A model generated the notes under the pieces. It was given only the letters and a program-made list of their open reading frames with translations. It was not told the DNA's origin and did no database searches. A program made the position numbers and the translations under genes. This document shows, one piece after another, positions 39,231 through 47,338 of a stretch of 64,000 nt of DNA (its first letter is position 1; each line of letters starts with the position of its first letter). The DNA is from Candidatus Omnitrophota bacterium (GTDB lineage Bacteria > Omnitrophota > Gorgyraeia > JABMRG01 > JAFGKX01): assembly GCA_043797125.1 (NCBI GenBank), contig JAZDPX010000045.1, forward strand, positions 8,338 to 72,337. The letters are read 5' to 3'.

Positions 39231-40511
39231 TCATTGCTTATAGAGTATTTTTCCGTTACAGATTGTCATTACAACGCAGCCTTTAAATTCTCTGCCGATA
39301 AAGGGCGAGTTTTTTGATTTGGAAAGTATGCTATCTTTGGTAAATTTCCATTCTTTTTCAGGATCTATTATAACAATGTCGGCATCGGCGCCTGGCGATA
39401 ACCTTCCTTTGTTTTTGAGCCCCAAAATCTCTGCGGGCGCAAAAGACATCTTTTTAATCACGTCTTCCCATTTGAGAAATTTTTTATCTATTAACTCTGC
39501 CGCAGCCAGACCAAGCGCTGTCTCAAGCCCTATCATTCCGAAGGCAGCGATATCAAACTCAACATCCTTATCTGCCTCTGTATGCGGGGCATGGTCTGTT
39601 GCAATAACATCTATTGTCCCGTCTTTTAAACCTTGTATTATGGCGCTTCGGTCTTGTTCTGCGCGCAGCGGCGGGTTTACCTTTGTGTTTGTGTTAAAAT
39701 CTTTTACTTCTTCGTCGGTAAGCGTAAAATAATGAGGGCATGTTTCAGCTGTTACATTTATGCCTTTTTCTTTGGCCTGCCTTATAATCTGGACCGATTC
39801 CCTGGTGGATACGTGCGCAATGTGAATTTTCGCCTTTGCAAAATCCGCCAGCGCAATATCCCTTGCCACGATGCTGTATTCCGAAATATTCGGTATCCCG
39901 CGCAAGCCAAGCAGGGTCGATGTGAAGCTTTCGTTCATAACGCCTGCCTGCGACAATCTAAGGTCCTCGCAATGCGATATAACAAGCATACCAAACATCT
40001 TTGAATACTCAAGCGCCTTTCTCATAAGCTGCGCGTCTTTTACGGAAAAACCGTCGTCTGAAATCGCCACAGCGCCCGCTTCTTTCATGTCAGCTATCTC
40101 TGCTAAATCCTCGCCAAGGCGAGCCTTTGTTATTGCCCCGATAGGGAATATATTCACGCTCGCGTTTCGTTTTGACTCGGATATAATATATTCAATCGCC
40201 CCCCTGTTATCGCATGCGGGCTCGGTGTTGGGCATCGCGGCTACGCTTGTAAAGCCTCCTTTTGCCGCGGCCCTTGACGCGCTTAAAAAATCTTCCGCAT
40301 CTTCCCTGCCCGGCTGCCTTAAGTGCGTGTGCATATCAAAAAACCCCGGGCCGGCAATCTTGCCGTCGGCATCTATAAGCTGTGCCTCCTTGTCTTTTAT
40401 ATCCTTGTCTACCTTTAGTATCTTGCCGTCTTCTATTAGTATATCCGAGAGCCTGTTTATTTTATTGGCAGGGTCTATAACCTTAGCGTTTTTTATTAAT
40501 AGCTTCGTCAT
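39231..40511 (-). CDS. pyrC: Dihydroorotase
   Basis: [33 protein letters not shown]. Confidence 0.96.
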   Translation of the reverse strand: MTKLLIKNAKVIDPANKINRLSDILIEDGKILKVDKDIKDKEAQLIDADGKIAGPGFFDMHTHLRQPGREDAEDFLSASRAAAKGGFTSVAAMPNTEPACDNRGAIEYIISESKRNASVNIFPIGAITKARLGEDLAEIADMKEAGAVAISDDGFSVKDAQLMRKALEYSKMFGMLVISHCEDLRLSQAGVMNESFTSTLLGLRGIPNISEYSIVARDIALADFAKAKIHIAHVSTRESVQIIRQAKEKGINVTAETCPHYFTLTDEEVKDFNTNTKVNPPLRAEQDRSAIIQGLKDGTIDVIATDHAPHTEADKDVEFDIAAFGMIGLETALGLAAAELIDKKFLKWEDVIKKMSFAPAEILGLKNKGRLSPGADADIVIIDPEKEWKFTKDSILSKSKNSPFIGREFKGCVVMTICNGKILYKQ

Positions 40512-41431
40512 GGTTTTGTACCTAAAAGCAAAAACAACACAGCCATGCGCACGGCAATGCCGTTTGTCACCTGATTTAATATAACGGAATATTCTCCGTC
40601 AGCAACCTCGGGAGATAATTCAAGCCCGCGGTTTATGGGCCCGGGATGCATAATCAGAACATCCCTTTTCGCGTATTTTAATTTTTCAGCGTCAATGCCG
40701 AATTTCATCATATACTCTCTTGTTGACGGGAAAAATTTATCTTTCTGCCTTTCCAGTTGTATGCGCAATATGTTTATGGCGTCCGCGCTTGCTATGGCGT
40801 CCTTAATATTTGTGGTAACATTAACGCCCATCTTTTCTATTTCCGCCGGCATAAGCGTGGACGGGCCGCAGACAGTAACCTTTGCGCCTAATTTGGTCAG
40901 GCCCCATATATTGGAGCGCGCTACTCTTGAATGCATGATGTCGCCTATAATAGAGACGTTCAAACCCGCTATGCGTCCTTTCTTTTCCTTAATGGTAAAA
41001 ATATCCAGAAGCCCCTGCGTAGGATGTTCGTGCGAACCATCGCCTGCGTTTATTACGCTGGGCACAAGCACTTTTGATAAAACGCTGGCAACGCCTGACG
41101 ATGAATGCCTTATGACAATAGCGTCTATCTTCATTGCCTCTATGTTTTTAACTGTATCTTTTATTGTTTCGCCTTTTTTAAGGCTGCTTGTGTTCGCTGC
41201 CACAGATAGCGTATCTGCGGAAAGCCTTTTTGCCGCAAGCTCAAATGACGTGCGCGTGCGCGTGCTCGGCTCGAAAAACAGCATGACCACGGTTTTGCCT
41301 CTTAGGGTGGGCACCTTTTTAATGGGGCGTTCGGATATTTCCTTGAAGGAGGTAGCGGTGTTTAATATGAGATTGATTTCATCTACGCTTAAGTCTTCTA
41401 ATCCTAATAAGTCTTTTCTCTGCCATTTCAT
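40508..41431 (-). CDS. pyrB: Aspartate carbamoyltransferase catalytic subunit
   Basis: [34 protein letters not shown]. Confidence 0.97.
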   Translation of the reverse strand: MKWQRKDLLGLEDLSVDEINLILNTATSFKEISERPIKKVPTLRGKTVVMLFFEPSTRTRTSFELAAKRLSADTLSVAANTSSLKKGETIKDTVKNIEAMKIDAIVIRHSSSGVASVLSKVLVPSVINAGDGSHEHPTQGLLDIFTIKEKKGRIAGLNVSIIGDIMHSRVARSNIWGLTKLGAKVTVCGPSTLMPAEIEKMGVNVTTNIKDAIASADAINILRIQLERQKDKFFPSTREYMMKFGIDAEKLKYAKRDVLIMHPGPINRGLELSPEVADGEYSVILNQVTNGIAVRMAVLFLLLGTKP

Positions 41432-41973
41432 TGCTTCTCACCTAACACAACTTCGTCTTTACCGTCGCATTCTTCTAATCTTACTTCCACCGCTTCTTTT
41501 TCAGATGTTGGGATATTTTTCCCGACATAATCAGGCCTTACGGGAAGCTCCCTGTGGCCCCTGTCTATAAGCACCGCCAGCTGTATGGACTTCGGCCTTC
41601 CAAAATCTATAATTTCATCAAGGGCGCAGCGTATGGTCCTTCCCGTATAAAGCACGTCATCTACAAGAACAATGTGCTTGGCGGTTACATCAAAATCTAT
41701 CTTGGTCTGGCGCACAATAGGTTGCTGCGCGACCGTGGTTAAATCATCTCTATATAATGTAATGTCCAGCACGCCAAAAGCTATTTTCTCTTTTTGTTTT
41801 TCCTCGATAACCGTTGCTATCCTTTTACCCAGATGCTCTCCCCTGTTTCTTATGCCTATAATAGCGACGTCTGTTGTCTTTTTATTATGCTCTATTATCT
41901 CGCAGGCTATGCGCACAAGCGCCTTGGATATGGCTTCTTTATCCATAATCTTTGATTTTTCTTTGATGGTCAT
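41428..41973 (-). CDS. pyrR: Bifunctional pyr operon attenuation regulator / UPRTase
   Basis: [28 protein letters not shown]. Confidence 0.97.
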   Translation of the reverse strand: MTIKEKSKIMDKEAISKALVRIACEIIEHNKKTTDVAIIGIRNRGEHLGKRIATVIEEKQKEKIAFGVLDITLYRDDLTTVAQQPIVRQTKIDFDVTAKHIVLVDDVLYTGRTIRCALDEIIDFGRPKSIQLAVLIDRGHRELPVRPDYVGKNIPTSEKEAVEVRLEECDGKDEVVLGEKQ

Positions 41974-42109
41974 TGTAGAGATCCCTCGTCGCGGAGTTTA
42001 CCCCGAACCTTTATGGTTCGGGGCTCCTCGGGATTTAATTCGCAGACGGCCCCGAGGTATCGGGGCCTATGTTTTACATAGCTTACGCTATGTAAAACAT
42101 CTGCTCATT

Positions 42110-42141
42110 AAAAAAATACCCACCTTTGAATCGTGGTGGGT
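42110..42141 (-). terminator. Attenuator terminator of the pyr leader
   Basis: On the minus strand, ACCCACC-loop-GGTGGGT followed by ATTTTTTT. Confidence 0.75.
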
Positions 42142-42169
42142 CTGTTTGTTTACGCTACTGCTCATTTTT

Positions 42170-42204
42170 CCCTTTCCCAGCCTCTCTGGACCGAGTTAAA
42201 AGGT
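42170..42204 (-). ncRNA. PyrR-binding RNA element (pyr attenuator)
   Basis: Minus-strand CCUUUUAACUCGGUCCAGAGAGGCUGGGAAAGG matches the RGUCCNGNGAGGYU PyrR-binding loop. It lies upstream of the terminator and pyrR. Confidence 0.85.
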
Positions 42205-42224
42205 TTAAGTTTAATTGTCTTCAT

Positions 42225-42253
42225 AATATATCATATGCCGTCGATTTTGTCAA
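42225..42253 (-). promoter_or_regulatory. sigma70 promoter of the pyr operon
   Basis: TTGACA-17bp-TATATT with a TG extension. The -35 overlaps the lpxA stop. Confidence 0.65.
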
Positions 42254-43056
42254 GCGGAACCTACCCTTTGGTTCCGGCCAAGGGTGTTTTTTGGGGCGAT
42301 ACCGCGTTTTGACGCTTTTATAAACTCGACTACAGAAATTATTTCTTTCGAATCAAACCGAGCCTCCAACTCTTTTAATGCGTTGGTGGTGTTAAGCCCA
42401 GATGTATATATTATTTTATATGCCTGCCTTATCTGATTTTTTATGTCTTGCGAAAACCCAGCCCGTTTTATGCCTACGACATTATATGAATCCACAACAT
42501 CGGTTGTCTGCGTCAGCATAAAGGGGGGTATGTCCTGTTTTACTCTTATGCCGCCGCCTATCATTGCAAGGGAGCCTATCCTTACAAACTGGTGTATTAC
42601 ACAGCCGCCTGATATAAATGCCCTGTCCCCTACTTCAACATGCCCTGCTAAAAGCGTGTTGTTGCAGACAACTACATTATTGCGGATATTGCAATCATGC
42701 GCTATGTGCGAAAGCGCCATAAAATAATTATCATTACCTATAATTGTGGCTGCGCCCGGCTTTGCTGCGCGGTGGGCTGTCGCATATTCCCTGAATGTAT
42801 TCCTGTCGCCGACTTTTAAGAAACCTTCGGTGCCTTTTTTATACGAGAGGTCCTGCGGCTCACCGCCCAAACTGACGTTATTGTATATGCGGCAGTCCTC
42901 ACCTATCGTAGTGCCCGTATATATGAAACTTGAAGCGCCTATTTTTGTGCCCTTGCCTATATTCACCCCGTCTTCAACAACCACGTACGGGCCTATTTCA
43001 ACGGTTTGGGCTATTTTCGCTTTTTTTGATACTATTGCGGTTTTGTGAATGCTCAT
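42250..43056 (-). CDS. lpxA: UDP-N-acetylglucosamine acyltransferase
   Basis: Hexapeptide repeats, PQDLSY, REYATAHR, SHIAHDC, LAGHV, HQFVRIG. Confidence 0.92.
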   Translation of the reverse strand: MSIHKTAIVSKKAKIAQTVEIGPYVVVEDGVNIGKGTKIGASSFIYTGTTIGEDCRIYNNVSLGGEPQDLSYKKGTEGFLKVGDRNTFREYATAHRAAKPGAATIIGNDNYFMALSHIAHDCNIRNNVVVCNNTLLAGHVEVGDRAFISGGCVIHQFVRIGSLAMIGGGIRVKQDIPPFMLTQTTDVVDSYNVVGIKRAGFSQDIKNQIRQAYKIIYTSGLNTTNALKELEARFDSKEIISVVEFIKASKRGIAPKNTLGRNQRVGSA

Positions 43057-43082
43057 GGTTCGTATTGCCTATCTGCTGGTAG

Positions 43083-43120
43083 GTAGCGGAGCCTTAAGGC
43101 TCCGCTACTTGTGTGGATAA
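43083..43120. repeat. GTAG palindrome copy 8 + DnaA box
   Basis: Core at 43083-43108, TGTGGATAA at 43112-43120, abutting the rsmI stop. Confidence 0.9.
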
Positions 43121-43795
43121 CTATGCCTTTAAGTTTACAAGTATTACAAATTCTCCGCGAGGCTTATTGTGCGTAAAATGCTCAAGCGCTTCTTTTACCC
43201 TGCCGCGCTTTATTTCCTCAAATTTTTTCGTAAGCTCGCGCGCGCATACTATATTTATATCGCCGAATATATCCAGCATGTCGGCGAGGCATTTTAATAT
43301 TCTGTGCGGCGATTCGTAAAAAATCATTGTGCGCTTTTCGTCCCTCAGGGCATTGAGCCTTTTTCTTCTCGCCGCGGACTTGTTGGGTAAAAATCCCTCA
43401 AAAGTGAACCTATCTGTCGCGAGGCCCGAAACAACCAGCGCGGATATTATCGCGCTCGCGCCCGGGATAACGGTTACATTGATATTGTTCTCTATCGCGT
43501 CCTTTACTACTTTATAACCGGGGTCGTTTATCCCCGGGGTACCCGCGTCCGAAACCAAAGCGACAGACTTTCCAGTTTTCAGAAGATCGATTATGTATTG
43601 CGTCTTCTTGGCCTGGTTATATTCGAAATAGCTGGTCGTCGCGGTTTTAATATCAAAGTGCGCCGTAAGTTTTTTTGTGTGCCTTGTATCCTCGCAGGCG
43701 ATTAAATCGACTTGTTTAAGCGTGTCTATGGCCCTTAGCGTGATATCTTTTAGATTGCCTATCGGCGTTGCTACTATAAAAAGCGTGCCTGTCAT
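43121..43795 (-). CDS. rsmI: 16S rRNA C1402 2'-O-methyltransferase
   Basis: ATPIGNL.DIT.RA, CEDTR, SDAGTP.I.DPG, YESPHR, RELTKKFE. Confidence 0.97.
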   Translation of the reverse strand: MTGTLFIVATPIGNLKDITLRAIDTLKQVDLIACEDTRHTKKLTAHFDIKTATTSYFEYNQAKKTQYIIDLLKTGKSVALVSDAGTPGINDPGYKVVKDAIENNINVTVIPGASAIISALVVSGLATDRFTFEGFLPNKSAARRKRLNALRDEKRTMIFYESPHRILKCLADMLDIFGDINIVCARELTKKFEEIKRGRVKEALEHFTHNKPRGEFVILVNLKA

Positions 43796-45621
43796 TCTAC
43801 TGTGACCGATTTCGCCAGATTTCGCGGCTGGTCAACGTCGCGTTTATTTTTTACGGCAATATAATAAGCCAGAAGCTGCAGGCACAAAGCCACGGGGACA
43901 GGCGAAAACAGCTCGTCTATCTGCGGCGTGTATATTGTATAATCGGAGTGGTCTTTTATCCTCTGGTCGCCTTCCGTGGCAATGGCTATCACTATGCCGC
44001 CTCTTGCCTTTATCTCCTGAATATTTGAAACCATTTTATCGTAAACAGGCGAAGCTGTCGCGATGCATACAACAGGCATGTCCTTGTCAATAAGTGCTAT
44101 TGGCCCGTGCTTCATTTCTCCTGCGCCGTAACCTTCCGCGTGGATATAAGAAATCTCTTTAAGTTTAAGCGCACCTTCCAGCGCATTGGGAAAATTGAGG
44201 TTTCTGCCCAAATACAGAAAGCAGTTTTTGCCGTGATGGTCTTTGCTTACTTTTAAAATAACTTTCTGGTTGTTTAAAATATCCGTCAGAATTTTCGGCA
44301 AAAGGCTCATCTTCTTAAGCATCTCTTTTGCCCTTTGTTGGGTTAAAGTCTTTTTTAATACGCCCAGATATATCGCAAAAAGATATAAAACGCAAAGCTG
44401 CGCCGTATACGCCTTGGTGGAGGCTACTCCTATCTCCGGGCCTGCGTGGGTATATATAACCCCGTCCGATTCTCTCGTTAGTGTAGAGCCCAGGACATTC
44501 ACCATGGAAAGCACGCTTGCGCCCAATTTTTTCGCTTCTCTTATTCCCGCTATTGTGTCGGCGGTCTCGCCGGACTGGCTTATGGAAATTACGAGAGTGT
44601 TTTTTGCAAGAACCGGATTTCGGTACCTGAACTCGCTTGATACATCGGCTGACACCGGTATCTTTACCAGTTTTTCGAGAATATATTTGCCGCATAGGCC
44701 CGCATGGTATGCCGTGCCGCAGGCAACAATGGAAATGTTTTCTATCTTGCGTAATTTGCTGTCGGGGATGTTTAACTGCTCAAAATACACCGACTCTTTG
44801 CCCTGCGAAACCCTGTGATTCAGTATGCCCTCGATAACGGCGGGCTGCTCGTTTATCTCTTTTAGCATAAAATGGGGATAGCCCCCCTTTTGCGCCTGCG
44901 AAACATCCCAGTTTATTTTTGCCGGCGCTCTTTTTACCGGGCGGCCGCCTATAGTGGTTATTTTCACTTTATCTTTATCGAGCACCACCAGTTCGTTGTC
45001 CTCCAGAAAGATGACGTCCTTTGTGTGATTTAATATCGCGGTAACATCGCTTGCGATAAAATTTGCGCCTTCCGATATCCCCACGACAAGAGGGCTCTGG
45101 TATCTTGCGCCTATCAGTTTTTCAGGCGAACGCGCTGATATCACCCCGAGGGCGAAAGACCCTCTAATTTCTCTTAACGCCGCGCGGACAGCCGCCTCTA
45201 AATCATCCTGATAAAACTTCTCTATCAGGTGCACTATGACCTCCGTGTCCGTCTGGGAGGTAAATCTATGCCCTTCTTTTAGAAGAGCGTCTTTTAAGGC
45301 CTCATAATTTTCTATTATGCCGTTGTGCACAACCGCTATTTCGCCACTGCAGTCTGTGTGGGGATGCGCGTTATTCTGGTTTGGGGCTCCGTGCGTAGCC
45401 CAACGGGTATGGCTTAAGCCGATATTTCCTTTAAGAGGTTTTCTTTTAAGAAGCGCTTCGAGAACGGATATCTTGCCCTTTTGTTTGCGCAGGGATACCT
45501 TACCCTTAATAATGGTAGCCATGCCCGCGGAATCATAACCGCGGTATTCAAGCTGTTTGAGGCCTTCCAAAAGAATAGGTTGGGCCGCATCTGTTCCTAT
45601 GTATCCGATTATTCCGCACAT
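43792..45621 (-). CDS. glmS: Glutamine-fructose-6-phosphate aminotransferase
   Basis: MCGI, LEYRGYDSAG, HTRWATHG, SQSGETAD, PRNLAKSVTVE. Confidence 0.98.
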   Translation of the reverse strand: MCGIIGYIGTDAAQPILLEGLKQLEYRGYDSAGMATIIKGKVSLRKQKGKISVLEALLKRKPLKGNIGLSHTRWATHGAPNQNNAHPHTDCSGEIAVVHNGIIENYEALKDALLKEGHRFTSQTDTEVIVHLIEKFYQDDLEAAVRAALREIRGSFALGVISARSPEKLIGARYQSPLVVGISEGANFIASDVTAILNHTKDVIFLEDNELVVLDKDKVKITTIGGRPVKRAPAKINWDVSQAQKGGYPHFMLKEINEQPAVIEGILNHRVSQGKESVYFEQLNIPDSKLRKIENISIVACGTAYHAGLCGKYILEKLVKIPVSADVSSEFRYRNPVLAKNTLVISISQSGETADTIAGIREAKKLGASVLSMVNVLGSTLTRESDGVIYTHAGPEIGVASTKAYTAQLCVLYLFAIYLGVLKKTLTQQRAKEMLKKMSLLPKILTDILNNQKVILKVSKDHHGKNCFLYLGRNLNFPNALEGALKLKEISYIHAEGYGAGEMKHGPIALIDKDMPVVCIATASPVYDKMVSNIQEIKARGGIVIAIATEGDQRIKDHSDYTIYTPQIDELFSPVPVALCLQLLAYYIAVKNKRDVDQPRNLAKSVTVE

Positions 45622-45627
45622 GTTTCG

Positions 45628-45651
45628 GTTATCAGTTATCAGTTATCAGTT
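45628..45651. repeat. Heptamer tandem repeat (TTATCAG)n overlapping the stop of the 531-aa gene
   Basis: ggttatcagttatcagttatcagt. Confidence 0.65.
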
Positions 45652-47234
45652 TTCCCTGACTTATACTCCAAAATGTATCTATATAGCTCAGGATCTGTTT
45701 CTTCCGTGGTTTTGGGGGCTACTATTACGTAAGAGATGCCCTGCTCCTTAAACATCTTTGTAAGATTCGGGGTATGAAACCCTCCCGCGATTAATACCGC
45801 TATGCTTTGGCCTTTTTCAGTCATAAGAGCTATTGTCTTTTGCAGAAAAATCTCGTCTCTTTTGTTCGCTATGTCATAAAAATCAACAAGCGTGGCGAGA
45901 TTACTATCCAGGATAGAAATATCTGCGGACAGGGATTCCTTTATATTATATTTATCCGCCATTTCTTTTAAAAACGGCATAGATGCCGATATCAAAAAGT
46001 CGTTTTTGCGCTCTTTGTAATATGTGAAGTCATCCGGAATCAGTTTCAGGTTCAGGAAATTCTCGAGAATCTTAAGCACCCTGGATATAACGAGCAGCTT
46101 TTTCTGCTCATCGGTTTTCGCCAATGCCTCTTTCAGGCTGTTTTCCAGAAGGTCGGCCTCTTTAAAGAGGGTGTTTGTGTTAATCTCTTCGTGGCTGGTC
46201 ACGTATTCCACATACTGAATGAGGCTTTTGTAGTCTTTCATATCGATATTTGCCTCTTTTGCCGCTTCCGTTAAATAGTTATGATATTCCGCGGGGCTCA
46301 CCTTGTTTAACCTGAATTCCAAAGACTTCGTAACAAGCGGGGTGAGCTTTTCCTTGCTAAGGAGCTTGGATAGTTTTTCAATAAGCTTTGCCCTCTCCGT
46401 CTCCACCTGCGCGAAATCTATTTTTTCCTCGAGCCTGGCGAGGGCGTTAAACTGGTTAAAATTGCCGTAGCCCGACGCGTCCAAGCGTATGGCCTTGGCC
46501 TGTTTTTCAAGATGGGTGTAAAATTCCGACAGGGTTATCTCTTCATCTTCGTATTCGGCGTGCTTTTTCTCAAGTTCTATCAAAGCGGCCGGGTATATCT
46601 TTAGTTTCAAGGCGTCCGCGGCGGCCTGGAGCTGGTTTGCTGTCTCTGTTCCTTTTTCCCTGAATTCCTCTATCTTAAAAAACGTATCTAAGTTCTGCCT
46701 GTATAAGGCCTCTTCCTCTATGCCCTGTATTTCCATGTCGTAATCCGAGATGATATTCAAATATTCTTCACCTGATATCTTACCTTCTTTTAAATACTCT
46801 TCCGCGACTTCTAAGCGGCGCTCCTTATCAGCGTAGCTGCGTAAATACGTAAGGCTTACATCGCCCCAGCCGCCCTCAACCATGATAAGCTTAAGGCCTT
46901 TGTCTTTAATAAGCCCTTCTATTATTTTGGAGGCGTTTTTTTGCGCTTCGTAATTCGTGTGTATATCCTGGATATGTATTACCACCTTTTCGGGATTTTC
47001 AACCGCCTTATACCCCTCGACTATATGCCCGTATCCCTCGGATATGTCCAGCAATATTGGCATGACATTTTTGGGGGGCGTGATAAGCGCGCCTGATTTT
47101 TCCTGCTGCTGTTTTGTTTCTTGGGCGGGTTTGGGCTTAAGAGGGCATGGTATTTTCCCTGTTAAGCACAGAAATGCCAATACGCAGACTGCCGATAACA
47201 AAAATACGACAATAATGGTCTTTTTCTTCAGCAT
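45639..47234 (-). CDS. Membrane-anchored conserved hypothetical protein, putative EreA/ChaN/TraB(Tiki)-fold metallo-hydrolase
   Basis: N-terminal TM. Motifs HIQDIH, MVEGG, GIE, KRD and IAGGFHT, split by a long helical insert. AGGAG SD. Confidence 0.6.
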   Translation of the reverse strand: MLKKKTIIVVFLLSAVCVLAFLCLTGKIPCPLKPKPAQETKQQQEKSGALITPPKNVMPILLDISEGYGHIVEGYKAVENPEKVVIHIQDIHTNYEAQKNASKIIEGLIKDKGLKLIMVEGGWGDVSLTYLRSYADKERRLEVAEEYLKEGKISGEEYLNIISDYDMEIQGIEEEALYRQNLDTFFKIEEFREKGTETANQLQAAADALKLKIYPAALIELEKKHAEYEDEEITLSEFYTHLEKQAKAIRLDASGYGNFNQFNALARLEEKIDFAQVETERAKLIEKLSKLLSKEKLTPLVTKSLEFRLNKVSPAEYHNYLTEAAKEANIDMKDYKSLIQYVEYVTSHEEINTNTLFKEADLLENSLKEALAKTDEQKKLLVISRVLKILENFLNLKLIPDDFTYYKERKNDFLISASMPFLKEMADKYNIKESLSADISILDSNLATLVDFYDIANKRDEIFLQKTIALMTEKGQSIAVLIAGGFHTPNLTKMFKEQGISYVIVAPKTTEETDPELYRYILEYKSGKTDN

Positions 47235-47312
47235 GGGTTTCTCCTAAGAATAGTGTTGACGTTCGGTTATTATACCAAATATTATACTTATGTAAAGAAT
47301 TTTCTACTATTT

Positions 47313-47336
47313 GTCATCCCCGCGGAAGCGGGGATC
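47313..47336. repeat. GTCATCCCCGCGGAAGCGGGGATC REP-like hairpin directly after the giant gene stop
   Basis: ATCCCCGC-GGAA-GCGGGGAT stem, resembling the widespread GTCATTCCCGCG..GCGGGAATC repeat. Confidence 0.7.
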
Positions 47337-47338
47337 TA

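Noticed and set aside
17694-43108. 26-bp identical repeats as a CRISPR array
   Set aside because: Copies are dispersed 0.7-9.5 kb apart between genes, with no regular spacers and no cas genes.
18870-43120. DnaA boxes as oriC
   Set aside because: The boxes are single and scattered, with no cluster, no AT-rich unwinding element and no dnaA in the window.
45622-45700. glmS ribozyme upstream of glmS
   Set aside because: Only a 17-bp gap filled by heptamer repeats; no ribozyme core is recognisable.
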